Of a stretch of DNA of 32,000 nt, positions 10,411 to 18,863 are shown in pieces. A program made the translations under genes and the position numbers. Source of the DNA: Aquabacterium sp. CECT 9606 (GTDB lineage: Bacteria > Pseudomonadota > Gammaproteobacteria > Burkholderiales > Burkholderiaceae_C); the NCBI RefSeq assembly GCF_918741295.1, contig NZ_CAKKNB010000004.1:513830-545829 (forward strand). Reading direction: 5' to 3'. The notes below the pieces were generated by a model. The model did no database searches. It was not told the DNA's origin and worked only from the letters and a program-made list of their open reading frames with translations. Position 1 is the first letter of the stretch, and every line of letters begins with the position of its first letter.

Positions 10411-10683
10411 TCAGCATCCCATCTCGATAAAGAGTGTCGTGACTTCTCTTTGAAGGTTCTCGGTTCTTTGTTTGGGAAGCGCTTGCAGAACCTTATCCAG
10501 TCTTTCGCAGTGGCGTCGTTCATTCACGCTGAGCTTGCTACGTCGGTCGTCTTCCTGCTGCTTAAGGGTCTTGCGCAAGAGATGCGCGTTTGGGTGCTCG
10601 GCTTCCGACCCCATGGCTTTCTGCGTGACTCCCATTGCGAGTATCAGTCCCGCGATGGCTACCAGTTTGTTTTTGAGTCGCAT
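10411..10683 (-). CDS. Small secreted protein of unknown function (prophage)
   Basis: 90 aa. Strong RBS AGGAGG lies 7 nt upstream of the ATG (complement of 10691-10696). Signal-peptide-like N-terminus MRLKNKLVAIAGLILAMGVTQKAMG. Confidence 0.6.
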   Translation of the reverse strand: MRLKNKLVAIAGLILAMGVTQKAMGSEAEHPNAHLLRKTLKQQEDDRRSKLSVNERRHCERLDKVLQALPKQRTENLQREVTTLFIEMGC

Positions 10684-10771
10684 TGGCGCTCCTCCTATTT
10701 CATTTCACAAGCCCAGTCCTAAGCGGCTTGGGTGCCTTTGGCCGTCTGGCCTTTTAACCTGGAGATTTTCC

Positions 10772-11071
10772 ATGCAATCGATCATCCGTATCCTGAAGCT
10801 GAACGAGGTTCGCAAAGGTATTAGCCAAAAGAATGGCAAGCCGTACGAAATGCAAGATGCTGAATGCCTCTTGCTCAAGGACACAGGGGAGGTGGATTCT
10901 GTCGGGGTTTTGCAAATCCCGAAGTCGCTGATGGGCAAGGTGACTGAGGGTGATTTCATCGGGCATTTCGCCCTGCAGCCAGACATGCAGACCCGCAAGA
11001 TTGGCGCTGTGCTCACTGGCTTGCAGCCCTACGCCGCTGGCAAGCCTCCTGCCTCTAGGCCTGCTGCTTAA
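10772..11071 (+). CDS. Putative ssDNA-binding protein (gene V analogue), assigned by position and size only
   Basis: Internal ATG at 10772 is preceded by GGAG (10761-10764) and opens MQSIIRILKLNEVRKGISQKNGKPYEMQDAE.... It is 99 aa and is the first gene of the rightward structural operon. Confidence 0.4.
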   Translation: MQSIIRILKLNEVRKGISQKNGKPYEMQDAECLLLKDTGEVDSVGVLQIPKSLMGKVTEGDFIGHFALQPDMQTRKIGAVLTGLQPYAAGKPPASRPAA

Positions 11072-11080
11072 GGGTTCGCT

Positions 11081-11299
11081 ATGAACCCCACTCACCAGCG
11101 CGTAGTGCGCTCCTTCGCATTCGTGGATGGCCCTGATCCGTTGGTGATGGGTGTTCAAGCCCTCGTGACTCTCTGTGAAGCGCCTCCCGTTCTTTCCCCT
11201 GCTGTCTGCCCTACCTGCGGTTCTGACAACCTCGTTTTCACGTCAAACGACAAGTACGCCGGTTGCATGGATTGCGATTGGTCTGGGGAGGCTCCTTGA
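11081..11299 (+). CDS. Small zinc-ribbon protein (prophage)
   Basis: 72 aa with CPTCGS...N18...CMDC, a four-Cys ribbon. Confidence 0.5.
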   Translation: MNPTHQRVVRSFAFVDGPDPLVMGVQALVTLCEAPPVLSPAVCPTCGSDNLVFTSNDKYAGCMDCDWSGEAP

Positions 11300-11347
11300 C
11301 CGCCTTTGATGCACTCATTTTGGTCAACATTCCAGAGGTCACTTGAC

Positions 11348-11461
11348 ATGAGTTTTTCAATCGTTCTTCTTCTGGGAATCTTCTGGGGCCTTGCTTTTGT
11401 GGTGTGGCTCTATACGGTTGTTTGCTTTATCGATTTTTTGCGTACGGTGTTCCGGCCATGA
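11348..11461 (+). CDS. Small hydrophobic protein, 37 aa (g7/g9-like minor virion protein candidate)
   Basis: Below the ORF-track size cutoff. My translation is MSFSIVLLLGIFWGLAFVVWLYTVVCFIDFLRTVFRP. It has an ATGA overlap with the next ORF. Confidence 0.4.
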   Translation: MSFSIVLLLGIFWGLAFVVWLYTVVCFIDFLRTVFRP

Positions 11462-11604
11462 GCATTGAACACCCCGGCTTTGATGAGTCTGAGCCTGATG
11501 AATTGCCCGTGCTTACGCCTTTGCAGTTGGTGCTCTGCGTGCTCTGGTTCTTCACGCCGTTCATCGCGTTTTGTCTTGACGCACTGCTGAGTTGTCATGG
11601 CTGA
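11458..11604 (+). CDS. Small membrane protein, 48 aa (prophage)
   Basis: Internal ATG of ORF 11404..11604 gives MSIEHPGFDESEPDELPVLTPLQLVLCVLWFFTPFIAFCLDALLSCHG. It is translationally coupled on both sides. Confidence 0.4.
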   Translation: MSIEHPGFDESEPDELPVLTPLQLVLCVLWFFTPFIAFCLDALLSCHG

Positions 11605-11932
11605 CCTTGCCCCATCTGCCACCTGCATCACGATCTCGTACAACCCTGATACGAATCAGAAGGTCTACACGGTCGACGGTGCCTGGGACCCATCCTCTTG
11701 CTACGGGCAAGTGATGGTGATCCACACTGAATTCCGTGACCTTTTAGCCGCTTCAGGTACTGGCTCCGGCGCACCTGTTGATAGTACTGGCGGCGGTGGT
11801 TTCCCTCCTTTGTCAGTTGCTGATGGTGTCGAAATTTCCTGGCTCATTGGTGGTGCTTGGTCTATTGCCTTTGCTGCGCGACTTGTCATCCGCTCGCTTT
11901 GGCGGACTGCACAAATTTCTTCTGATCCCTGA
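11597..11932 (+). CDS. Prophage protein with Gly-rich linker and C-terminal TM segment (minor virion protein candidate)
   Basis: 111 aa. The start overlaps the previous stop. Contains GTGSGAPVDSTGGGG followed by hydrophobic ISWLIGGAWSIAFAARLVI. Confidence 0.4.
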   Translation: MADLAPSATCITISYNPDTNQKVYTVDGAWDPSSCYGQVMVIHTEFRDLLAASGTGSGAPVDSTGGGGFPPLSVADGVEISWLIGGAWSIAFAARLVIRSLWRTAQISSDP

Positions 11933-11988
11933 CTGATGCCGGCCAGTCAAGGCTTTTTCAACATGCCGGTTTTTTTATGGAGTTCTCA

Positions 11989-12186
11989 ATGAATAAGTTC
12001 ATTCAACGTGGCCTCGTTGCCGCTGGTGCCCTGGCTCTCTCTGTTGCCAACGCTGCTGTTCCCACCAATGTTTCCACCGCGATCACTGAAGGCGGTACCG
12101 ATGGTGCAACCGTTGCTGGTCTGGTCCTCGTGGCCATGGTCGGCATCTGGGTGTTCAGCCTGATGCGCAAGGGCATGCGCGGCTGA
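11989..12186 (+). CDS. Major coat protein (g8p-like)
   Basis: ATG at 11989 is preceded by GGAG. Signal peptide MNKFIQRGLVAAGALALSVANA. The mature ~43-aa peptide has an acidic N-terminus, a hydrophobic core VAGLVLVAMVGIWVF and a basic tail MRKGMRG. A strong terminator follows. Confidence 0.75.
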   Translation: MNKFIQRGLVAAGALALSVANAAVPTNVSTAITEGGTDGATVAGLVLVAMVGIWVFSLMRKGMRG

Positions 12187-12202
12187 TCTGTTGCACAAGC
12201 CC

Positions 12203-12224
12203 GGGCCCTTCGGGGCCCTTTTTT
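12203..12224 (+). terminator. Rho-independent terminator after the coat gene
   Basis: GGGCCC-TTCG-GGGCCC hairpin followed by TTTTTT. Confidence 0.75.
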
Positions 12225-12286
12225 ATCGGGGGTGTCATGGAAGCTTACGGCGGCTGGTTTGTTGTGTTGACGGTGTTGGGGGTTCT

Positions 12287-13612
12287 ATGGATTTTGTTTC
12301 GCGATTGATTTTTCTGCTGTGCATTGTCCTGCCATCCTTGGCGCGTGCTGAGTACACGTGGACTGATCCAATCTGGCAAAACCCTTTCACTGGTGTTACC
12401 GGTAGTGCTGCTGTAGCTTGTTCGTCTTCTTCGGGGCCTAGTAACAACACATATTGCACTGCGACGACTAATGGATATGACTCTGATGGTCGTGCTGCGT
12501 GTAGGTCAACTTGTGACGGTGGGTATGTAGGTAATTTTTCGCTCTCTCCTTCTTGTTCTACAGGTGAGTTGTTGCTCAATAGTGCGACAGGAAAAATGGC
12601 GTGTCGGCATTTGGTTCCGGTGAATGATTGCCCGCCTGCTGGCACTGTTGAGGGTGATGGCACAAATGCTTACGTTGCGTCTTCTATAAATCCAACGATT
12701 TGTATTGGTGAAGGCACGCAAGGTTGTGTGTGGAAGCCCGGTGGCACGGTGCCTGCGGTGTGTGCCAATGGCAAGTGTTATCAGTGGGGTCCTTTCACGG
12801 CCACTGGTGCAGCCTGTGATCCTTCTTCTACCGTCCCTGGTGCTCCTGAGACTGCGGCGTCAGCCCCCGTCACTGATGCGTCGTGTGTCGCAAAGGGTCA
12901 GTGCCCTGGCACGATCAATGGCACAACGACTTGCGTTCCTTGCAGCAGTAAATCTCAAGAGAGTGTGACCAGCTCGGCATCTGCTGCCAGCTCTGCAGCG
13001 TCCGGTGCATCTTCGCCAACAACGTCGGGTGAAAGCGGAACTACGACGACAAAGACTGAGTGTTCAGGTTCTCAGTGCACAACGACAACGACCACCAGCA
13101 CGCAAAAGTCTGATGGTTCAAGTGAGCAGAAAAGCTCAACCAAAACTGAGCCCATGTCCGATTTCTGTGCGGCCAATCCAAAGGCAGCAGTTTGCAAAGG
13201 TGATGATGAAAGCCAGTGGGGCGGGGCTTGTGCCGGTGGCTTCACATGCAAGGGGGACGCCGTGCAGTGCGCTCAAGCACAAGCTTCGTATGACCTGTCG
13301 TGTTCGATGAAGACTGATCCACAGAATTCAACCGTTTTTGCCGGTAACAGCGCTATCGGTGCCGGTAATCGTCCTGATGGACATCCAGCTAACGACGCTG
13401 GAGTAATTCCGTTTCAGTTGTCTTCAATGATCAGTTCGGTTCCGATGTTCGGTTCCTCTGGTTCATGCATTTCTGACAAGACATTCACTTTCGTTGGTAG
13501 CTCGTACACATTGCCGTTTTCAAGCTGGTGCCCGTACTTGCAAATGCTCGGCGCTGCCTTCTTAGCGTCTTGCTATATGGCCGCTGCTTTCATCGTCTTC
13601 AAGGGAGATTGA
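12287..13612 (+). CDS. Adsorption / minor coat protein (g3p-like)
   Basis: Trimmed to ATG 12287 (MDFVSRLIFLLCIVLPSLARA signal peptide). Cys-rich N-terminal domains, a Ser/Thr-rich linker (SSASAASSAASGASSPTTSGESGTTTTK...TTTTTST) and a C-terminal hydrophobic anchor. It sits between the coat and g6-like genes. Confidence 0.65.
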   Translation: MDFVSRLIFLLCIVLPSLARAEYTWTDPIWQNPFTGVTGSAAVACSSSSGPSNNTYCTATTNGYDSDGRAACRSTCDGGYVGNFSLSPSCSTGELLLNSATGKMACRHLVPVNDCPPAGTVEGDGTNAYVASSINPTICIGEGTQGCVWKPGGTVPAVCANGKCYQWGPFTATGAACDPSSTVPGAPETAASAPVTDASCVAKGQCPGTINGTTTCVPCSSKSQESVTSSASAASSAASGASSPTTSGESGTTTTKTECSGSQCTTTTTTSTQKSDGSSEQKSSTKTEPMSDFCAANPKAAVCKGDDESQWGGACAGGFTCKGDAVQCAQAQASYDLSCSMKTDPQNSTVFAGNSAIGAGNRPDGHPANDAGVIPFQLSSMISSVPMFGSSGSCISDKTFTFVGSSYTLPFSSWCPYLQMLGAAFLASCYMAAAFIVFKGD

Positions 13613-13613
13613 T

Positions 13614-13913
13614 ATGCCTGTCTTCTTGTCTGCTCTCGTTGGCGCGCTCGTTAGTGCTGTCGGCACTATCGTCGGTCGCGTTCTCGTCAGTCTTGGTATC
13701 GCCTACGTTACTTATCAGGGCTTGAATGCGTCACTGGAGTGGCTCAAGTCCCAGGTGGCCTCGAACATGGGTTCGTTGCCTTCTGAAGCGTTACAGGTCC
13801 TCTCTGCGTTGCAAGTTGGCGCTGGCCTTTCGGTGATCTTGTCCGCCTTCGCTGCAAGGCTGGTCTTGTCTGGCCTTACCTCTGACTCGTTGAAAAAGAT
13901 GGTGCTCAAATGA
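13614..13913 (+). CDS. g6p-like small membrane protein
   Basis: 99-aa hydrophobic ORF with an ATGA overlap with the Zot-like gene. Confidence 0.5.
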   Translation: MPVFLSALVGALVSAVGTIVGRVLVSLGIAYVTYQGLNASLEWLKSQVASNMGSLPSEALQVLSALQVGAGLSVILSAFAARLVLSGLTSDSLKKMVLK

Positions 13914-15025
13914 TCGTGTTAATCACTGGTGTTCCTGGCAGTGGTAAGACCTTGTTCACCATTGACGAACTGCGCAAGCTCGCCGAAAAGGATCAACGTC
14001 AGGTTTATTACTCTGGTATCACTGACATCAAGCTGCCGTGGATCGAGCACGATGCACGCGACTGGATGAGCCTGCCGCCTAACTCCATCATGGTCATCGA
14101 TGAAGCTCAGCGGTTTTTTAGGCCTCGCGCAAACGGTGCTACTGTCCCGCCTGAAATTGCCGCAATGGAGACCCACCGGCATCTAGGCGTTGACATCTAT
14201 CTGATCACCCAGCACCCAATGCTGATCGATCAAAACATCAGGCGATTGACAGGGCGCCATTTCCACCTTCATCGCATGTTTGGCATGCATGCGGCCACTG
14301 TCCATGAGTACCCGAAGGTCAAGGAAAATTGCGACAAGCATTCAGCCGATGCATTGAAGCGGACATGGAAATATCCGAAGGATGTTTTCAGCCTTTACAA
14401 GTCGGCTGAGGTGCACACGCACAAAGTTCGAATCCCTCGCCAAGCTTGGTATCTGCTGGGCTTGATCTTGGTTTTTGCCCTCGGCGCTACCTATTTGTAC
14501 AAGTCTCGTGTGTCACCGAAGAAAGAGCAGCAAGCGTCGGCGTCTGACTCGTTCAACGTGTCTGGCATCTCTTCGCCGGGGCCTGGGTCTTACCAGCGCA
14601 AGGCCTTGACGCCCGCTGAGTACGTCCAGCAGTTCCAGCCGCGAGTTGCTGGTTTGGCCTACACCGCGCCGGTTTATGACGAGGTCACAAAGCCGGTGAG
14701 GGCGCCTTACCCTGCGGCCTGTGTTCAGGGCAAAAGTCGGTGTCAGTGCTACACCCAGCAGGGCACCAAGCTTGAGACCGACAAAGCCCTGTGTGAAGGC
14801 ATTGTGGCCGGTGGTTTCTTCATGGCCTGGGACGAGAACAAGGGCCAGGAGCGTGTGCAGGTCAACAAGCCCCCGGTAATGGCTCCTGTTGCCACGCGTG
14901 AGCCGTCATCAGGCCTGATCAACGCTACACCCGGTTGGACCCCATCCAGCGCCCGCCCATTGGCCGAACAGATCGCAGATGGTCAGAACCTGCGGCATGG
15001 CAAAAACAACCGTATACCGGGCTGA
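13910..15025 (+). CDS. Zot / pI-like assembly ATPase
   Basis: Walker A ITGVPGSGKT at the N-terminus, Walker B-like IMVIDEAQ, a central TM segment (AWYLLGLILVFALGATYLY), and the expected position after the g6-like gene. Confidence 0.8.
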   Translation: MIVLITGVPGSGKTLFTIDELRKLAEKDQRQVYYSGITDIKLPWIEHDARDWMSLPPNSIMVIDEAQRFFRPRANGATVPPEIAAMETHRHLGVDIYLITQHPMLIDQNIRRLTGRHFHLHRMFGMHAATVHEYPKVKENCDKHSADALKRTWKYPKDVFSLYKSAEVHTHKVRIPRQAWYLLGLILVFALGATYLYKSRVSPKKEQQASASDSFNVSGISSPGPGSYQRKALTPAEYVQQFQPRVAGLAYTAPVYDEVTKPVRAPYPAACVQGKSRCQCYTQQGTKLETDKALCEGIVAGGFFMAWDENKGQERVQVNKPPVMAPVATREPSSGLINATPGWTPSSARPLAEQIADGQNLRHGKNNRIPG

Positions 15026-15389
15026 CCTTGCCCTGCCTCATTCAGTCAAGACAGACACCGGGGCTCGTTGCGGCCAGTGGTCGAGTTAGTGACCGGCGTA
15101 GCCGGTGTAGAGGCCTTGCTGCGGGCTGCGTGGTGTCAAACCCACCCTTATCAAATGAGCCAGCTGCCAGAGTGCCAAAGGACACGGCGGCCAGTTGGTA
15201 TGAGATGGGCGGGAAGCGACGGCCCGGGGCCGCTAGGGCACGAGGCCGGCGCAGCCGGCCTAGATTTATCTTAAGGACACATCTTGTATTCACCCCCTGG
15301 CTCACTGCCTCGGTGGTTCAGAAAAGAAAAAGCCCCTCAAGGCTGCAACCTTGAAGGGCTCGGTACAGGCAACTAGATCGGAGTCACCC
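15026..15389. promoter_or_regulatory. Phage intergenic region with GC-rich hairpins (candidate replication origin / packaging region)
   Basis: Hairpins read from the sequence: ACCGGC-GTA-GCCGGT (15092-15106), GGCCGGC-GCA-GCCGGCC (15244-15260), and AGCCCCTCAAGG-CTGCAA-CCTTGAAGGGCT (15331-15360, one mismatch). No credible ORF. Confidence 0.4.
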
Positions 15390-16223
15390 ATGCCAGCGAT
15401 GTTACCCCGTTTGACCGAAGGCGACAAGGTCGCCTATGGTTATCAAGAGTTCTATAGAGTTTCCCTAACAGATCTGGGAAATGGTCATAAGGAAGCGTCG
15501 ATAACCACGCACAGGACCCTTTCAGAGTTGCCCCACTGGTGGGGTGTCAAGGACCCTTTAAAAACGCCTCTCACGCCCGAAGAGAACCGCGCACGGGCAG
15601 GGCGCAGAGCGAAGACTCAGGTCCGCCAGAAGTGCAAGGTCATGGGCGTTGATTCCCTGTTTACCTTGACCTACAAAGAAAACGTGATTGATCGTGATTT
15701 GGTCGCCAAGCATTGGACAGCCTTTGTCAGGCGCGTGCGCAAGCTCATTCCCGCGTTCAGTTATGTGGCGACTCTTGAGCGCCAGAAACGAGGTGCTTAT
15801 CACATCCATATCGCAACGCATCGACTTCCTGCGTTGTTGCAGCATCATGGTGTCAAGGTCAAAAGCTGGAACGTCATGCGTGCAATCTGGCGCTCCGTTG
15901 TAGGCACGTTAGGTGGGAATTTTGATGAGGCCAAACGGAAGTTTCACGCCAAGAGCAGAAGCTTCAAGATTGCCCGCTATATCAGCAAATACGTGTCAAA
16001 AGCCTTTGACGAAGGTGGCGAAGAGTTAGAGGGAAAAAAACGCTTTTGGGTCTCTGAGGGGATCAGCGTTCCTCGTCCTCAAGTCATGCTTTTTGCACGT
16101 GAGAAGTTCGCTGATTTGATCGCCCTTGTGCATAGTGCTTGCGGTGGTCATGATGGAGAAAACACCTTGTATGTTGACCCTGGCCGGGGGGTGTTTTGGA
16201 TGTGCAGTGAGGCTGGGGGGTAA
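15390..16223 (+). CDS. Rolling-circle replication initiator (HUH Rep, gene II analogue)
   Basis: ATG at 15390 is preceded by GGAG (15380-15383). HUH motif GAYHIHIATH and a Tyr motif ARYISKYVSK. The track's TTG start at 15351 lies inside a hairpin. Confidence 0.7.
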   Translation: MPAMLPRLTEGDKVAYGYQEFYRVSLTDLGNGHKEASITTHRTLSELPHWWGVKDPLKTPLTPEENRARAGRRAKTQVRQKCKVMGVDSLFTLTYKENVIDRDLVAKHWTAFVRRVRKLIPAFSYVATLERQKRGAYHIHIATHRLPALLQHHGVKVKSWNVMRAIWRSVVGTLGGNFDEAKRKFHAKSRSFKIARYISKYVSKAFDEGGEELEGKKRFWVSEGISVPRPQVMLFAREKFADLIALVHSACGGHDGENTLYVDPGRGVFWMCSEAGG

Positions 16224-16235
16224 GCAGGGGGATTT

Positions 16236-16856
16236 GTGCTGATCGGTTATGCAAGGGTCTCGTCAACTGAGCAAGAGACCACGCTACAGCTTGACGCATT
16301 GAAGCGGGCAGGGGTCACTACGGTGCATCAGGAAAAGCGCAGTGCAGGGGTTCGTAGGCCTGTTCTTGAGCGCATGTTGGACGGGCTTCAGGCCGGTGAC
16401 GTGGTGATGGTTTACAAGGTTGATCGCCTCGCGCGAAGCCTGGCAGACCTCTTGAGAATTCTGGCTCGGATTCAGGCGGTCGGCGCGACCTTCAAGAGCT
16501 TGACCGAAGCCATTCAGACTGACACCGCGATTGGTGAGCTGATGATGCACATGCTTGGCGCTGTGGCTCAGTTTGAGCGGTCATTGATCAGGGAAAGAAG
16601 CATGGCCGGTCAGGATGCGGCCTATTTGCGCGGTGCGAAGATTGGCAGACCACGGTGCATGACCCCGGCGCAAGAGGCTGAGTGCGTGCAGTTGTTTAAG
16701 AGCGGTCAGTACTTAATGCCTGCGTTGGCCACGCGGTATGGCTGCCACCTGTCGAGCATCAAGCGGGTGATGCTTCGGGTTGACAGTCCGCAGTCGTCTG
16801 CCGTCATTCTTCGTATGCCGTCGCGTATTGCCCGCACAAAGGACAAGGCTGCGTGA
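16236..16856 (+). CDS. Small serine recombinase (resolvase/invertase type)
   Basis: 206 aa. N-terminal catalytic motif LIGYARVSSTEQ, then VYKVDRLARS and a C-terminal HTH-like region. Lies 14 nt from the attR core. Confidence 0.85.
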   Translation: MLIGYARVSSTEQETTLQLDALKRAGVTTVHQEKRSAGVRRPVLERMLDGLQAGDVVMVYKVDRLARSLADLLRILARIQAVGATFKSLTEAIQTDTAIGELMMHMLGAVAQFERSLIRERSMAGQDAAYLRGAKIGRPRCMTPAQEAECVQLFKSGQYLMPALATRYGCHLSSIKRVMLRVDSPQSSAVILRMPSRIARTKDKAA

Positions 16857-16870
16857 GCGGTTTGAAAGTG

Positions 16871-16884
16871 ACCGCTTCCGCCAG
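16871..16884 (+). repeat. attR core: second copy of ACCGCTTCCGCCAG
   Basis: Exact repeat of 10058..10071. Confidence 0.8.
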
Positions 16885-17111
16885 GAACCTAGGTTTTATG
16901 CGGGTTCTGTGACTTAAAGCTACGCATTGCATCAAATGCAAACTTTAGCTTTATTGTCCAAATGCAATTCTTAAGTTTATTTGCAGCGTGCACGTTCGGC
17001 CTTAGCCATCGCTAGTTGGCGACTGCACCAGCAGTTCCATTTAGGATAAATGGAATGGAAATCATTTGCTAGCAGATTTATTAATCTGCCACTGGATCTG
17101 AGGGGGTCTGG

Positions 17112-17291
17112 TCAACCAGTGTTGAATGGCATCTGCGTAGAAGCCAGTCCAATGTTTGGCCAATAGATGCTTTGGATGAGAGTCCCTGATGCAACTAGCT
17201 CTTTGCAGTAGCGAATTGCCTCAGTTAGCTTTGATGGGCTTGGGATCGAAAACTGCTTGATCGTTGCGCATTTTTTACAAGTCATTCGCAT
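17112..17291 (-). CDS. Terminal cassette ORF, 59 aa, unknown function
   Basis: Trimmed to the first ATG outside attC site 1 (MRMTCKKCATIKQF...). No recognisable attC lies downstream (to the left). Confidence 0.35.
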   Translation of the reverse strand: MRMTCKKCATIKQFSIPSPSKLTEAIRYCKELVASGTLIQSIYWPNIGLASTQMPFNTG

Positions 17292-17314
17292 TGCATCTAT
17301 GGATTTTATGAAGA

Positions 17315-17431
17315 GCCTAACGCCAAGGTTAACCGGCGCCGGAGCGCGAAGCGCGTAGGGCACCAACACTGGCCAATACAATGGCAAAGCCATGGCCAGT
17401 GTTAGCGTCCGTGTTGAACTTACAGTTAGGC
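17315..17431 (-). repeat. attC site 1 (117 bp)
   Basis: GCCTAAC...GTTAACC...GTTGAAC...GTTAGGC. Confidence 0.7.
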
Positions 17432-17506
17432 TCGGGCGGGTAGGCAGGATGGGCCAAGTTCACTCCGATAGCGTTAGGATCGAGTGTCCACAAAAGTTGG
17501 GCAATC

Positions 17507-17567
17507 GCCTCGAAGTTAAGGGGCAACGATGCGAAGCATTGTTGCCCACTTGAACGACCAGTTAGAC
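17507..17567 (-). repeat. attC site 2 (degenerate, ends GTTAGAC)
   Basis: GCCTCGAAGTTAAGGGGCAACGATGCGAAGCATTGTTGCCCACTTGAACGACCAGTTAGAC resembles the 67/70-bp family. Confidence 0.5.
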
Positions 17568-17628
17568 CGCGGCGCGAAAGCAGGGTGTTGCACCGCGCAT
17601 GGATCCAAGGCCCGCTTGATTAGACGGC

Positions 17629-18669
17629 CTAGCAGTTGCGGCGACGTGTAGCCCAACCCAAGCCAACCAACCCCATGCTGAGCATCATCCACGTCGATGC
17701 CTCCGGTACGGAACTAGCAAAATGCACCAGTTGGTTGGCGCTTCCGTCGAATGCCCAAAAATCGTTGCTGGTGCGCGAGAAGGCAAAGGCTGAAAAGACT
17801 CCGCCTAAACTGCCGATCAACGCTCCGGTTTCCTGGTTGTAGTAATTGCTGGCACTGAATGCATAGAGGGAATTGGCGCCAAGAATTTGCTCCGGAAATG
17901 TACGAAGCAAGGCATGCACGTCCAGTGGATCGAACTGTAGGGCACCGTAGTATACGTAGGCGTCATTGGATGAAAGCAATGCGCCGTTGCCCGCACCTGG
18001 AACATAGGCAGAGCCGTAGGTGCCTGATCCTTCCTGAGGGGTGAGGGTGTTGCCGGTGAGCTTGAATGCGCTCAACTCGGGGGAGCTGATGCCTGAACTG
18101 CCGTGGATCACACGGCTGTGCGTGGCGTCGTATTGAATGTTGCCGCTATACACGCTCCATGAGACGGTGTTGCCTACATTGTCGATCGCTCCGCCGGATC
18201 CCCATTGCTTGACACCAAAGTTGATCCATTGGTCAGTGGACTGTAAAATGAAGCGCTGATCATCCACAGTCTCAATGCGGCCTGCAACGCCATTGGTTGT
18301 TTGCGTCGCCCATGTGTTAGTGGCAAGATCCAAGCGATGCACATAGTGCTGACCAAGCGGTTCGCTATAGCCAATGTGTTCCCCAGCATAGTCAGCGGCG
18401 TATAGCACCAGCCCGCCAGGTGACAGCGACATGTCTGTGAAGCGGGCATTGGCCATTTCCGTCGATACGATGTTATGCGACGTTAGGTCTATGACCTTGA
18501 TAGCACTAGCGGAGTTGCGAACTACCAATTTGTTGGCATTGCTTGAGTAAGCCAACTGGCTGACACCGCCTGGCGCCGCAAAGGCTTCCAGCTTGGTCAA
18601 CTGCGCTGAAGCAGTGAAGGATCCGAACGACAATGCGGTGGCTATCGAGGCGGTGATCAACTTGGCCAT
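17629..18669 (-). CDS. Secreted repeat protein with C-terminal PEP-CTERM sorting signal
   Basis: Trimmed to the ATG at 18667-18669, which has an AAGGA RBS. Signal peptide MAKLITASIATALSFGSFTASA. The C-terminus VPEASTWMMLSMGLVGLGWATRRRNC has the P-E-x motif, a TM span and an Arg cluster. Confidence 0.75.
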   Translation of the reverse strand: MAKLITASIATALSFGSFTASAQLTKLEAFAAPGGVSQLAYSSNANKLVVRNSASAIKVIDLTSHNIVSTEMANARFTDMSLSPGGLVLYAADYAGEHIGYSEPLGQHYVHRLDLATNTWATQTTNGVAGRIETVDDQRFILQSTDQWINFGVKQWGSGGAIDNVGNTVSWSVYSGNIQYDATHSRVIHGSSGISSPELSAFKLTGNTLTPQEGSGTYGSAYVPGAGNGALLSSNDAYVYYGALQFDPLDVHALLRTFPEQILGANSLYAFSASNYYNQETGALIGSLGGVFSAFAFSRTSNDFWAFDGSANQLVHFASSVPEASTWMMLSMGLVGLGWATRRRNC

Positions 18670-18863
18670 GAGGTGTCCTTGTAATACAGGAGGCCAATGC
18701 AAACTATGGACATACTGTCCGCCTCCCAATGGTTGTGTTTTTTCGGTTGAATTGAGGGTTCAATCGACTGCTTGTAAATATACGCGATGTGAGCCTCGAA
18801 GCTGCCCCCTCATGTAAGGGTGGCGTCGTCAAACTGAATTTCTCTACGAAGTCATGCCTAGAA

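Larger units (their letters stand above)
10058..16884 (+). mobile_element. Integrated filamentous (Inovirus-like) prophage, ~6.8 kb, with serine recombinase, inserted in the 3' end of tRNA-Ser
   Basis: Bounded by the 14-bp direct repeat. Gene order matches an Inovirus: repressor(-), ssDNA-binding-like, small hydrophobic ORFs, major coat, terminator, large Cys/Ser/Thr-rich adsorption protein, g6-like, Zot/pI P-loop assembly ATPase, hairpin-rich intergenic region, HUH Rep, resolvase-type recombinase. Confidence 0.8.

Noticed and set aside
10472-11071. 199-aa track ORF spanning the divergent promoter region.
   Set aside because: Its first 100 codons are antisense to the well-supported ORF 10411..10683 (which has an AGGAGG RBS) and have an odd composition. 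Only the part from the ATG at 10772 (GGAG RBS) is credible.
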